64,000 nt of DNA from Patescibacteria group bacterium (lineage in GTDB: Bacteria; Patescibacteriota; Patescibacteriia; Patescibacteriales; UBA12075): assembly GCA_018897195.1 (NCBI GenBank), contig JAHILH010000001.1:220565-284564 (forward strand). Reading direction: 5' to 3'. Made by a program: the position numbers and the translations under genes. Within the stretch, counting starts at the first letter, position 1; each line of letters begins with the position of its first letter. This document shows positions 17,883-27,319 of the stretch, piece after piece. The notes beneath the pieces were generated by a model. It was given only the letters and a program-made list of their open reading frames with translations, ran no database searches and was not told where the DNA came from.

Positions 17883-18803
17883 TTACATTTTAAAAACATA
17901 TTGAATAATAAGTCCTGCGATAACACTAATTCCATAAAGAAGGCCCATGATTTTGAGCACGTCTTTTTTGTTTTTTTCTTCACGAAATAAAACCAAAATA
18001 CCAAGACCGCCACTAGCACTAAGGCCGGCAATAACGGAACCGAATGTAATTGCGTGACTCATGTACATTTGTGTAATGGTGACCGAGGCAATACAATTTG
18101 GAATCAAGCCGATTAGCGCTGTTAAAAATGGCTGCCAAAAACTCTGACCAAGGAATAATTTTTCAAAAGTTGCTTGGCCAACTTGGAAGATGATTAGATT
18201 TAACAATAGCGATGCTCCGAAAATATAGGAAAAAATCTTCGCCGTGTGCTTAATCGGGTGCCAAATAATTTCCCTGGGATTAAATTTTTTCGATTCTGAG
18301 CTAGGACTATGTCCGCAACAGGCAATCTCATCAACAACAGAGTCATGATTATGGTGCGAGTCATCGTGCCCGTGTGTATAAGCCTCGATATGTTCTAGAG
18401 TGAATTTATTTTTCTTTCTAAAAAAGAAATCAACTGTGTAGCCCGCTATTATTGCCACGGCTATCTTGGTTAAAATTAGTGGCAAAATAATTCCAATCTT
18501 GTCTGGCTGAGATAAGATAACTGGAATCGCCTCATCAGACGTTGATAGAAAAACAGCCAACAAGGTACCAATTGTTACCAATCTCTGTGAATATAAAGCT
18601 GCCCCAACCACGGAAAAGCCACACTGAGGAAAACCTCCAGCAAGGGCACCAATTGCCGGACCGGCAGCACCAGCACCCTGAACTTTTTTTCTGATCAAAT
18701 TGCCAAATTTATATTCAACCAACTCAATACCGATATACACGATTAGGAGTAAGGGGATCATGCTCACCGAGTCAAGTAAAACATCTAAAAATAGTTCGTA
18801 CAT
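17883..18803 (-). CDS. Polytopic membrane protein, putative metal-ion permease (ArsP_2 / 10-TM exporter-like)
   Basis: 306 aa, about 8-10 TM segments, with a central His-rich loop HGHDDSHHNHDS. The family assignment is from memory of the N-terminal pattern only. Confidence 0.4.
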   Translation of the reverse strand: MYELFLDVLLDSVSMIPLLLIVYIGIELVEYKFGNLIRKKVQGAGAAGPAIGALAGGFPQCGFSVVGAALYSQRLVTIGTLLAVFLSTSDEAIPVILSQPDKIGIILPLILTKIAVAIIAGYTVDFFFRKKNKFTLEHIEAYTHGHDDSHHNHDSVVDEIACCGHSPSSESKKFNPREIIWHPIKHTAKIFSYIFGASLLLNLIIFQVGQATFEKLFLGQSFWQPFLTALIGLIPNCIASVTITQMYMSHAITFGSVIAGLSASGGLGILVLFREEKNKKDVLKIMGLLYGISVIAGLIIQYVFKM

Positions 18804-18918
18804 ATAATTTATTTATATAGGAATAATAATTAACTCAAGGTAATTATATCCTTCTTGGGCATTATAGTCAACTAAAAAAGAGTCCGTTATGAACTCTTTT
18901 CTCGCTCAAGGAGGTTAA

Positions 18919-19656
18919 TTATTTCACCTCATAAACCAAGGTTACATCAACCTTAATTTCATTTTGACCAGTTTGAACGGTTGGGCTTGTCAAGGCATCT
19001 CCGCCCCCGCCCATACCTAATTCCATCTTGGTATTAGAGTACATTGGATACACAATCGGATTAGCATTTTCGGTCACAGTTTTGACTGCCCCCAATGTCA
19101 TTCCCGCTTGATCCGCAATCATCTGCGCTTTTTCCTTGGCTTTTTGAATTGCCAATTCCCGTGCTTGATTTTTTAAGGCATATTCATCGTCAATAGTAAA
19201 ATTGATATTACCGATTTGATTAGCGCCCTGTTCGGTTGTCTTTGCAATTACATCACCAATAATATTTAAATCTCGGATTTTTAAAGTTAAAGTTTGAGTC
19301 ACCTCGTAACCAATTAACTCCTGCCCTTTATTATTAGTCCAATTATATATAGGGTTCAAGTTGTAGTCACTGGTTTTAATATCCTTGTCATCAATTTTCA
19401 ATTTTTTCAATTCAGCAATAATGCTATTCATTTTTGCAGTGCTGTCCTTCGTCGCCTCCGCCGCCGTCTTCTTCGCCCCCGTCTTCAAACCCACGTTAAT
19501 ATTAGCAATATCCGCCTTGGCATAGACAGTGCCTGAACCGACCACAGAAAAACGGTCTTGATTATTAATTTTATTCGTGGTTATTAACGACACAATGACA
19601 ATTGCACCAACTACTAAAATCACCAAAGTAGCTAGAAAGGTATGAGTTTTTTGCAT
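18919..19656 (-). CDS. SIMPL-domain (DUF541) periplasmic/secreted protein
   Basis: 245 aa with an N-terminal TM/signal and a SIMPL-like pattern: VVGSGTVYAKADIANINVGL ... GYEVTQTLTLKIRD ... IKVDVTLVYEV. Confidence 0.7.
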   Translation of the reverse strand: MQKTHTFLATLVILVVGAIVIVSLITTNKINNQDRFSVVGSGTVYAKADIANINVGLKTGAKKTAAEATKDSTAKMNSIIAELKKLKIDDKDIKTSDYNLNPIYNWTNNKGQELIGYEVTQTLTLKIRDLNIIGDVIAKTTEQGANQIGNINFTIDDEYALKNQARELAIQKAKEKAQMIADQAGMTLGAVKTVTENANPIVYPMYSNTKMELGMGGGGDALTSPTVQTGQNEIKVDVTLVYEVK

Positions 19657-19764
19657 AAAATTATTTTTTAATAATAAAGATTATGCATTTATTGTACCAT
19701 ATTTTGGCAAAATGAAAAAGAGAGAAGATTTTTCTCCGCTCTTTTTATTTCATTCTAACGATTG

Positions 19765-20496
19765 TTATTTTTCTCCGTCCCACTCCGCATAAAATTCTTT
19801 CAGATACAGCTCCATAAATTTATGCCGCGCAACTGCAATCTTTTTAGCTGTTTTGGTGTTGATTAGATTTTTCAAAAGCAATAGCTTTTCATAGAAATGA
19901 TTTATAGTCGGACTATTGTTTTTCTTATACGCTTTAAATGAGTTATGCATTTCTGGCTTGATATCCGGATTATACATTTCTCGACCAGTGTGTCCGCCAT
20001 AAGCGAAAGTTCTCGCTATTCCTATAGCACCGATCGCGTCGAGTCTGTCAGCGTCTTGGACAATTTCACCCTCCAGTGTCTTCATTGTGGTTTTGACACC
20101 AGCGCCCTTAAAAGACAAATCTTTTATTATTGCTGCAACATGTTCAACAATATCTTTATCAACTTTTAATTCTTGCAGCCACTCAGATGTTAGCCTAGGT
20201 CCTACACTATCATCACCGTCGGTAAATTTCCAATCAGCAATATCGTGAAGCAAGGCCGCCAATTCTATCACAAATAAATCCCCTTTTTCTTTATTGCCTA
20301 TCTCTTTGGCAAGCGTCCAGACTCGATAAATATGCCACCAGTCATGCCCTGACCCTTCGCCCGATAATTTCTTTTCAATATATTCTCTAGTTTTTTCGAT
20401 TATTTGTTTTTTGTTCATAAGTTTATTCCACGTCTTTATGTTGTTCTGGATATCTTCCCAATACTTCGACATGGGCAACATTAATATCTTTGTCAT
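19765..20496 (-). CDS. HD-domain phosphohydrolase
   Basis: Has GHDWWHIYRV ... LAALLHDIADWKF (the H...HD metal site) ... DADRLDAIG. A more plausible start is MNKKQ at 20418. Confidence 0.8.
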   Translation of the reverse strand: MTKILMLPMSKYWEDIQNNIKTWNKLMNKKQIIEKTREYIEKKLSGEGSGHDWWHIYRVWTLAKEIGNKEKGDLFVIELAALLHDIADWKFTDGDDSVGPRLTSEWLQELKVDKDIVEHVAAIIKDLSFKGAGVKTTMKTLEGEIVQDADRLDAIGAIGIARTFAYGGHTGREMYNPDIKPEMHNSFKAYKKNNSPTINHFYEKLLLLKNLINTKTAKKIAVARHKFMELYLKEFYAEWDGEK

Positions 20497-20730
20497 TTAT
20501 TGGATATTCCGTGGCGATACACACATCGCTATTTTTAAATTCGTTTGTCTGAGATTTGTGAATAATTTTCATATGAATAATTTTATATCAAAAATTGATT
20601 GTTGTAATTTAAGAATATTCTATTTTGGTATAGGTGTCAATTAATATATTTAAATTAAATACACAATATTCTATCAGTCGCCCTAGCTCCTTCCAGAATG
20701 ACAATATTTAAAAATAAAAAAAGAACGAGG

Positions 20731-20759
20731 TTGACAATTTTGAAAAATAATGCTAAAGT
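20731..20759 (+). promoter_or_regulatory. Sigma-70-type promoter of the PRTase-like gene
   Basis: TTGACA (20731-20736), 17 nt, TAAAGT (20754-20759). SD GAGGGGG at 20803-20809. Confidence 0.5.
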
Positions 20760-20814
20760 CTGGGAAATAATTCCGTACATTTAAATATTAATCTAAGCAT
20801 ACGAGGGGGCAAAA

Positions 20815-21621
20815 ATGGATAACCAATTTATGGATATTTTTAAACTGGATAAGGAAGGACTGAAAAATCTTAGGCCGGAAGATGTGATGCGGAAAATTTC
20901 GATTGAGGAATTTTTCCATATTCTCAAAACTCTTAACAACTTATGGTTTTACGACCGTGAGGCCTTAAAAAATGGAAAGGTCGGATATCATGCAATTTTA
21001 AAATCAGAGCTTTGTAGTGATGGATTTGTAAATCTAAAAGGAGTTCTTAAACAATATCCAAACATACGCAAAATTATGGCGTATCAGCTCAAATGGATGA
21101 TTTTGGAACGGGTAGATAAAGGTATGAAAATGCCCACCCATCTTGCCGGAGTACCAGATGCTGCCACCGAACTCGGCGAGGATCTTGCAGAAATTCTGGG
21201 CATAAAATTGGCTCGAGTTGCAAAGACCACAGAGGGACACATTGTTTTCCTCACTAAATTAAATAAAAATGAATCCCTCCTTCTTGTTGAGGATATCTGC
21301 TCAAAAGCGACTGGTATCACAGAAACAATAAACGACGCCACTGAGTGTGGCATGGTGGACGCTAGTGCCATTATCAAGGTGGAGATTGTACTCCTTAACC
21401 GTGGCGGTCTTAAGTCATTTATTGTTGATGGATACGAATATGAGGTCCTTTCTGCGTTTGAGCACCGCATAAGAGAATACATGCCACCTGGCGCGACCGA
21501 CGATCTCAGAAATAAATATCCAGATACGCCACCCTGTCCGCTATGCGCGCTCGGTGTACCAAGGGATAAACCCAAAAAAACAGAGGAAAGCTGGACACGC
21601 ATAACAACAGCGCAGCTCTGA
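20815..21621 (+). CDS. Type I phosphoribosyltransferase-like protein (PyrE-like core) with Cys-containing C-terminal extension
   Basis: 268 aa. YHAILKSELCSDGFVN parallels the OPRTase HFxLxSGxHS motif. LLLVEDICSKATGITE is a PRPP-binding-loop pattern. The C-terminus carries PPCPLCALG. One of the few plus-strand genes. Confidence 0.5.
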   Translation: MDNQFMDIFKLDKEGLKNLRPEDVMRKISIEEFFHILKTLNNLWFYDREALKNGKVGYHAILKSELCSDGFVNLKGVLKQYPNIRKIMAYQLKWMILERVDKGMKMPTHLAGVPDAATELGEDLAEILGIKLARVAKTTEGHIVFLTKLNKNESLLLVEDICSKATGITETINDATECGMVDASAIIKVEIVLLNRGGLKSFIVDGYEYEVLSAFEHRIREYMPPGATDDLRNKYPDTPPCPLCALGVPRDKPKKTEESWTRITTAQL

Positions 21622-21704
21622 ATTGTTCAAAAATAACAAAATAAAGCCAACAAACAAAATATTAATTTTGCAAGTTGGCTTTTTTATTTGCGAATTTAAA
21701 ATAA

Positions 21705-22403
21705 TTACATTTTTTGCTCTTCCTTTATTTCCGCCATCACTTTCTTCTCTGACTTGTAAAATTTCATTAAGGTTAAAATTAACAAACTGCCCAAGATAAT
21801 TCCAGCTACATTTAACAAGAGAACATTTAAAGCATTTTCAAAAGCCGGCATTTCATTCTGAGATAAAGCAAGTCCAACCACTGTTAACGGCGGAATCAAG
21901 GTGACAGTAATAGCCACACCTGGCAAATTACTGTTAAGCTCTTTTTTGGCCCAAGTAAAGCTAGCGGCAACACCAGCAATAGCTGCAATAGCGAAAACAG
22001 AAATTGACGGGTGCATAGCGGTTACGATTTCCGAAGACAATAAATTGAATTCAATACTTTTACCCAATACGAAAGCGATTAGTACTGCTAGAAAAAAAGA
22101 AGACAACAAAATACGAATTGATCTAATTAAAACTTTGATATTTAAAATTACCGCCCCAAGGGATATTGCTAAAATCGGTGATAAAAGTGGCGTCACGAGC
22201 ATGCCCCCAATAACAAGAACAATACTATTAATTATCACTCCCCAACTCACGATTATACTGGAAAGAAAAACTAAAAAATAAAAATCACTTCTAGGTGCTG
22301 ATGATTCAATAATATTAGCACAAAGCTCGTTTCTTTCTGCATTGCTTACTTCAAAAAGATGTACAATAGAATGGTTATTACTATTTCGAAATGGATTAAA
22401 CAT
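21705..22403 (-). CDS. Polytopic membrane protein, DUF389-like
   Basis: 232 aa, about 6 TM segments, with a TPLLSPILAISLGAV motif reminiscent of DUF389. Confidence 0.4.
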   Translation of the reverse strand: MFNPFRNSNNHSIVHLFEVSNAERNELCANIIESSAPRSDFYFLVFLSSIIVSWGVIINSIVLVIGGMLVTPLLSPILAISLGAVILNIKVLIRSIRILLSSFFLAVLIAFVLGKSIEFNLLSSEIVTAMHPSISVFAIAAIAGVAASFTWAKKELNSNLPGVAITVTLIPPLTVVGLALSQNEMPAFENALNVLLLNVAGIILGSLLILTLMKFYKSEKKVMAEIKEEQKM

Positions 22404-22509
22404 AAAAAATACTTAAAAAAAATAAACTACATTTTACCTTATTTAGGATTAATAATTAAATAAACTCCTCGAATTTAATTATAACACAACATCATCATTT
22501 TTAAAAATT

Positions 22510-22540
22510 AAAAAAATAGGGACCACATCTCTGTAGTCCC
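22510..22540 (-). terminator. Rho-independent terminator of the histidine kinase operon
   Basis: gggac-N12-gtccc stem followed by T7 on the minus strand. A small tccc-tgcg-ggga hairpin precedes it. Confidence 0.65.
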
Positions 22541-22561
22541 CGGTTATTCCCCGCAGGGATT

Positions 22562-24055
22562 TTATTTGTTTTTCTCATCCTCTAATACTTTTTTTATAAT
22601 TATTGATAAATCTGACATCTTTACTGGTTTTAGAATAAATTCTTTAACACCTAGTCCTCTAGCTACCTCCGGTGACATAATTGAACTATAGCCAGTGCAC
22701 ATGATAATCGGAATATCTGGTCGAATGTTTATAATTTTATCCGCCAATTGCGCCCCAGTTAACTCTGGCATTGTTTGGTCAGTTAAAATTAAATCAAAGG
22801 AATCTGGACTGTCTTCAAAAATTTTCAAAGCTTCAAGACTGCTAGTGGTACTAATTACATCATACCCTAATAATCTTAAACCCATTGCACAAACATCGGC
22901 AATTTGCGGTTCATCATCAACTAGGAGAATTTTTTCACTACCAAGAATAATCAACTCATCTACTTTTTGGCACTTTACTTCCTCTCCACACCAGAGAGGT
23001 ATAAAAACATTAAACGTAGAACCTTTTCCCAATTCAGAATCAACCGTCACGAAGCCGCCATAGGTAGCCACTATTCCGTGGACGATGGCCAAGCCCATAC
23101 CGGTTCCTTTGCCAGCACCCCTAGTGGTAAAATAGGGATCAAAGATTCTTTCCTTTACTCTTGAATCCATACCAACACCAGTGTCGGAAATTGACAACTG
23201 CATATACGCGCCGGGCTTTGCATCTTCGTTTTTTAGAACCTGATCTTCACTGATAACGACTTTTTTCAAAACTACTGTTAATGCGCCGCCCAATTGCTCC
23301 ATTGCGTGAAAAGCATTTGTGCATAAATTTGTTACAACTTGATGTATTTGCGTCGCATCAGCTAAAACATAGTTTTGTTCATTGTCTATTTCCTGCACGA
23401 TTTTAATCGTCGTTGGTAACGAAGATCGCATCATTTTTAATATTTCCTTAATACAAGTCGATAATTGCAATGGCATAAACTCAGCTTTATGTTGGCGGCT
23501 AAAACAAAGAATTTGATTGATAAGTAGCTTTGCTCTTTTAGCCGCTGCTACAACATGGCTTAAGTTTTTTTCTTGTTCAGAATCTTTTGGTGCCAATGCG
23601 ATCGTTAACTCTGTATACCCAAAAATAATACTCAGAATATTATTAAAGTCATGTGCAATTCCTCCCGCCAATGTGCCAATAGCTTCCATTTTTTGTGCTT
23701 GATTCAATCTATCTTGAAGCTTTACACGCTCAATTTCAGTCAACTCGCTCTTATTTTTCTCCGTGTGCAACTCCTGGATTTGGCGAATCATCTGCTTGTT
23801 CAAGTCAATAATCTTAGCTTCGGCCATATCCCTGTTTCGAAATATGATTTTAAATTTCCCATGAACAAAAAATATGCCAATCATGAGAATTACCCAAAAA
23901 ATAAAACACCAAGTCTGATTTTGATTAATTTTGTAGCCCTGCGCCAAGATAATTAATGTTAAAAAAACGGCAACAAGGATTAAAACTCTTTGCACTTGAA
24001 TAAAATCGCCCTGAGCCTTATGCCCAAACAAATCCTTCAAATATTTTATTTTCAT
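22562..24055 (-). CDS. Hybrid sensor histidine kinase (2 TM, coiled coil, HisKA, HATPase_c, C-terminal REC)
   Basis: 497 aa. GGIAHDFNNILSIIFGY is the H-box, with N/G1/G2 boxes (DTGVGM, GTGMGLAIV). The receiver domain has LLVDDEP...DLILTDQTMP. SD GGAGG lies 6 nt upstream. Confidence 0.9.
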   Translation of the reverse strand: MKIKYLKDLFGHKAQGDFIQVQRVLILVAVFLTLIILAQGYKINQNQTWCFIFWVILMIGIFFVHGKFKIIFRNRDMAEAKIIDLNKQMIRQIQELHTEKNKSELTEIERVKLQDRLNQAQKMEAIGTLAGGIAHDFNNILSIIFGYTELTIALAPKDSEQEKNLSHVVAAAKRAKLLINQILCFSRQHKAEFMPLQLSTCIKEILKMMRSSLPTTIKIVQEIDNEQNYVLADATQIHQVVTNLCTNAFHAMEQLGGALTVVLKKVVISEDQVLKNEDAKPGAYMQLSISDTGVGMDSRVKERIFDPYFTTRGAGKGTGMGLAIVHGIVATYGGFVTVDSELGKGSTFNVFIPLWCGEEVKCQKVDELIILGSEKILLVDDEPQIADVCAMGLRLLGYDVISTTSSLEALKIFEDSPDSFDLILTDQTMPELTGAQLADKIINIRPDIPIIMCTGYSSIMSPEVARGLGVKEFILKPVKMSDLSIIIKKVLEDEKNK

Positions 24056-24435
24056 GACTTGCCTCCACTTTGAATTGCGTCGCTATTGCCGCTCAGGACT
24101 ATGCGACCCTGATTTACAAGATTCTGCTTGGCTTCCATAACCATGGAAAGATTCCAAAAAACTTCTGGATAATTTCTTTTCAACATTACTAAGCAATAAA
24201 CCGCATAAGCCCCCTTGGTACCTGTTTTTTGAATTTTATATGCACGCTGATTCCAAGTGTCAATTTTTTCAATACAGTACCCTTCGTTTATAGCTTGTGC
24301 CTGAGCAGAGCTTGGCGTTTCGCAAAGAATTGCCAACTCCATTAATCGCTGGTTGTTTAATGCAAAATGCGCTTTAGCGATTAGGGTATTCGCATCATGT
24401 GGCCTCGGTTTCCATTTTCGTTTCTCATTGGTCAT
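24052..24435 (-). CDS. Hypothetical protein translationally coupled to the hybrid histidine kinase
   Basis: 127 aa. Its stop overlaps the kinase start (ATGA). SD AAGGAGAGG upstream. No family recognised. Confidence 0.5.
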   Translation of the reverse strand: MTNEKRKWKPRPHDANTLIAKAHFALNNQRLMELAILCETPSSAQAQAINEGYCIEKIDTWNQRAYKIQKTGTKGAYAVYCLVMLKRNYPEVFWNLSMVMEAKQNLVNQGRIVLSGNSDAIQSGGKS

Positions 24436-24594
24436 GCCAGCCTCTCCTTGTGCTAGATTTTAACAATACCTCAATTAATCGCGATAATGATTTTTTATTA
24501 AATTGTCAAGGTTCGTTTTGTGGTTATTTACATTGCAACCTTAAATCTTTCACCCCCTTTTGTCAAACTAGTTTTTATTTGTTAAAATAATACT

Positions 24595-25170
24595 ATGTTA
24601 ACTTTAGCACAAATATATTTGAGTTTAATTAAATTTCAATATATAATTCTATTTCCAGTAGTTGTTATAGAAGGCCCGATTATTTCGGTTATTGGCGGCT
24701 TTTTGATCGCCCAGGGTTTAATGAATTTTTATCTAACCTATGCGATTATCATCATCGGCGATTTAGCCGGAGACTGTCTTTATTACTCTCTAGGAAGATG
24801 GGGGCGAGATTTTGGCCTAAGGCTTTTGCGATTAACGCCGCGTCGGTTGGAAAAGCTGGAACATCATTTCGACAATCATGGTGGCAAAACAATTCTATTA
24901 AGCAAACTTGCTCATGGCATTGGCACTACTTTTTTATTTGCGGCTGGCGCAGCCAAAATGCCTTTTGGAAAATATTTATACTACAATGGATTAGGCACAA
25001 TCCCCAAGTCTCTCATTTTAATTATTATTGGTTATTTATTTGGAAAATCATTTGTCCGCATTGGAACATATTTTGACTACTATGCGCTTTTCACAATATT
25101 TTTAGGAATTGTTTTATTGACTGTTTATGTTATGCTAGCCAAGAAGATTCAAAAAAAAGAAGATATATAA
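24595..25170 (+). CDS. DedA/VTT-family membrane protein
   Basis: 191 aa with GDLAGDCLYYSLGRWGR and LSKLAHGIG motifs typical of DedA. Confidence 0.75.
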   Translation: MLTLAQIYLSLIKFQYIILFPVVVIEGPIISVIGGFLIAQGLMNFYLTYAIIIIGDLAGDCLYYSLGRWGRDFGLRLLRLTPRRLEKLEHHFDNHGGKTILLSKLAHGIGTTFLFAAGAAKMPFGKYLYYNGLGTIPKSLILIIIGYLFGKSFVRIGTYFDYYALFTIFLGIVLLTVYVMLAKKIQKKEDI

Positions 25171-25181
25171 AATTTGCAGTT

Positions 25182-25985
25182 TTATTTAATTTCAACAAAG
25201 GCCTCTATAGCACCGGCTACCTCTGGGAAATTATTTAAAACTAAAATATGATCAGCTTCATCCAAGAGAATTAACTTGGATTTTTTTATTTTTTGCGACA
25301 TGCTAATTGCACCAGCCACAGGAAAAATTGAATCTTTTTTGCCATGCACAATCAAAGTTGGTTGATTGATTTGATTAACAATTGCCTCATAGTCCACTTC
25401 ATATGATTGTCGACTTCCAAAAAGATAGACCCGTAAACTAGTATTACTAACATCGGCAACCATACGTGGAATATTCCAGTCGCCAGTATTTTTGAAACGA
25501 TTATAATCAATATGCTCTCCGCTTGACGGATTAAAAGGCAAAATTTTTAACAAGCCAACTAAATTAAATAATGGTCTAATAACTTTTGCAATTGGAATTC
25601 GATTCGGTGCGTAGTTAGGACTAAGAAAAATAACTTTCTCGACCATGCCCATATGTTGAGCCATAAATTCAAGTGCAACTAAGACGCCAAAAGAATGACT
25701 GACTAAAATGAAAGATTCTATTTTTAGATAAGAAAGTAAATCAAAAATATCTTCTGCAAATTTACTAATAGCATAATCTTCCAGATTAGGAAATTTAGCT
25801 GATTTACCATGTCCGCGCAAATCGAAAGTTAAAATATTAAATTTATTACTAAACTTTTCTTCATACAACTTCCAGGCTGACGAACTACCAGAGATTCCGT
25901 GCACAAAAAACAAGGTTGGACGATCCGACTTAAATTCATTCATTTTATAATATATTTTTTTGGGAGAATAAATATATTCAGTCAT
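25182..25985 (-). CDS. Alpha/beta-fold hydrolase
   Basis: 267 aa with an FVHGISGSSSAW oxyanion region, a VSHSFG nucleophile elbow and a C-terminal DH. Confidence 0.8.
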   Translation of the reverse strand: MTEYIYSPKKIYYKMNEFKSDRPTLFFVHGISGSSSAWKLYEEKFSNKFNILTFDLRGHGKSAKFPNLEDYAISKFAEDIFDLLSYLKIESFILVSHSFGVLVALEFMAQHMGMVEKVIFLSPNYAPNRIPIAKVIRPLFNLVGLLKILPFNPSSGEHIDYNRFKNTGDWNIPRMVADVSNTSLRVYLFGSRQSYEVDYEAIVNQINQPTLIVHGKKDSIFPVAGAISMSQKIKKSKLILLDEADHILVLNNFPEVAGAIEAFVEIK

Positions 25986-25987
25986 AT

Positions 25988-27172
25988 TTAAAGTATTGAG
26001 TAATATAAATCCAAAAGCTTATCAACACTACGATTGATGTCATATTCACGACTAAGTTGAAGACTCTTTTTTGACATGATTTTCAAAAGCTCATCATCAT
26101 TTAATAAGCGAACTGCATTTCGCGCTAGATCATTGTAATCCTCAGCCTTAAACAAAAAACCATTACCGTCAACCAAAAAAACCGATGCGCTATCCTTGGC
26201 ATCTGCAATCAAAAGAGGCATGCCACAAGCCATCGCTTCAAGCACCACCATGCCCTCCAATTCCGCCAAGGAGGTAAGAACAAAAACATCTGCCGCACTA
26301 TAGGCCAAAACCAAATCTTCATCACTCACCTTGCCGCAAAAAGTAATATATTCATCAAGATTAAGACTGGTCGCCAATTTCTTCATTGCTTCCTCTTGAT
26401 GACCAGATCCAGCCAAAATAATATGCGTTTTTGGTGCTGCCGCAATAATATTCGGCACCGCCTTAATCAAGGTGTCGATGGATTTTTCAGGATGAAAACG
26501 TCCAACAAATAATAAATGCTTATTAGTCTTATCTAAGTTATATTTTTTAAAAAATTCATCCGCATTGGTTTTTTTAAAATGAGAAGTATCAACGCCGTTG
26601 GAAATAACCGCTGTCTGTATCTCGCTATTCAAATCAGGAAATAATCTTTTTGCAAACTCTGTTGGATAAATAATCGCTTCCGCTTGGTGATACAACCAAT
26701 ACATGAATTTATAAAAAGCTCGATTCAAGGTGCCTTTAGGCATCATTTTTGGCAAATGTAGAAAAACATTTTCCGGTTGTGAATGTGAATGCGTTACCAC
26801 TTTAATTCCCAAAGACTTTGCCGCTTTGGTCGCCACAATTGAAGATGGTGTTGGAATGATATTATGCAAAATATCGATTTTTTCTTCGATTAAAATTTTC
26901 TTAATCTGCCCCTCGGTTGGAAAAGAAATATATAATTGTTTCTCCGTCTTTGGTAATAAAATAGCTGGGAAGCGATAAGCCTTAATGCCATTGTAGTGGT
27001 CACGATAACCGTTATTATTTGGCGACTTAGCAGCAATAAAGATCACCTTATGTCCGCGACTTTTCAACAGTTCTGCAAAGCGCAGAGCGGAAACAAAAGA
27101 ACCGGCTACATAGTCGGTAATCGGATCGCAAACAATGGCGATATTTAATTTTCTTTGATTTTCTGAGTCCAT
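25988..27172 (-). CDS. Glycosyltransferase family 4 (GT-B, group 1)
   Basis: 394 aa with a GT1 C-terminal pattern: LLFVGRFHPEKSID ... LTSLAELEGMVVLEAMACGMPLL. Confidence 0.8.
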   Translation of the reverse strand: MDSENQRKLNIAIVCDPITDYVAGSFVSALRFAELLKSRGHKVIFIAAKSPNNNGYRDHYNGIKAYRFPAILLPKTEKQLYISFPTEGQIKKILIEEKIDILHNIIPTPSSIVATKAAKSLGIKVVTHSHSQPENVFLHLPKMMPKGTLNRAFYKFMYWLYHQAEAIIYPTEFAKRLFPDLNSEIQTAVISNGVDTSHFKKTNADEFFKKYNLDKTNKHLLFVGRFHPEKSIDTLIKAVPNIIAAAPKTHIILAGSGHQEEAMKKLATSLNLDEYITFCGKVSDEDLVLAYSAADVFVLTSLAELEGMVVLEAMACGMPLLIADAKDSASVFLVDGNGFLFKAEDYNDLARNAVRLLNDDELLKIMSKKSLQLSREYDINRSVDKLLDLYYSIL

Positions 27173-27319
27173 ACTGTTGAAACATTAGCTAAGAACATCA
27201 TACACCTGAATAACAAAAAAATCAAGATTATGTCTTAATCTTAATTTTAACAAACTTTTACTTTATTGTAATTCATTAAATTTATATAATTTATTTAAAT
27301 AATATAAATTTGTAATTTT

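Noticed and set aside
21084-21602. 172-aa minus-strand ORF inside the PRTase-like gene
   Set aside because: It lies fully antisense to a gene with recognisable PRTase motifs, a strong SD and a promoter. Its sequence is low-complexity and Ser/Arg/Pro-rich, typical of a shadow ORF in a locally GC-richer region.
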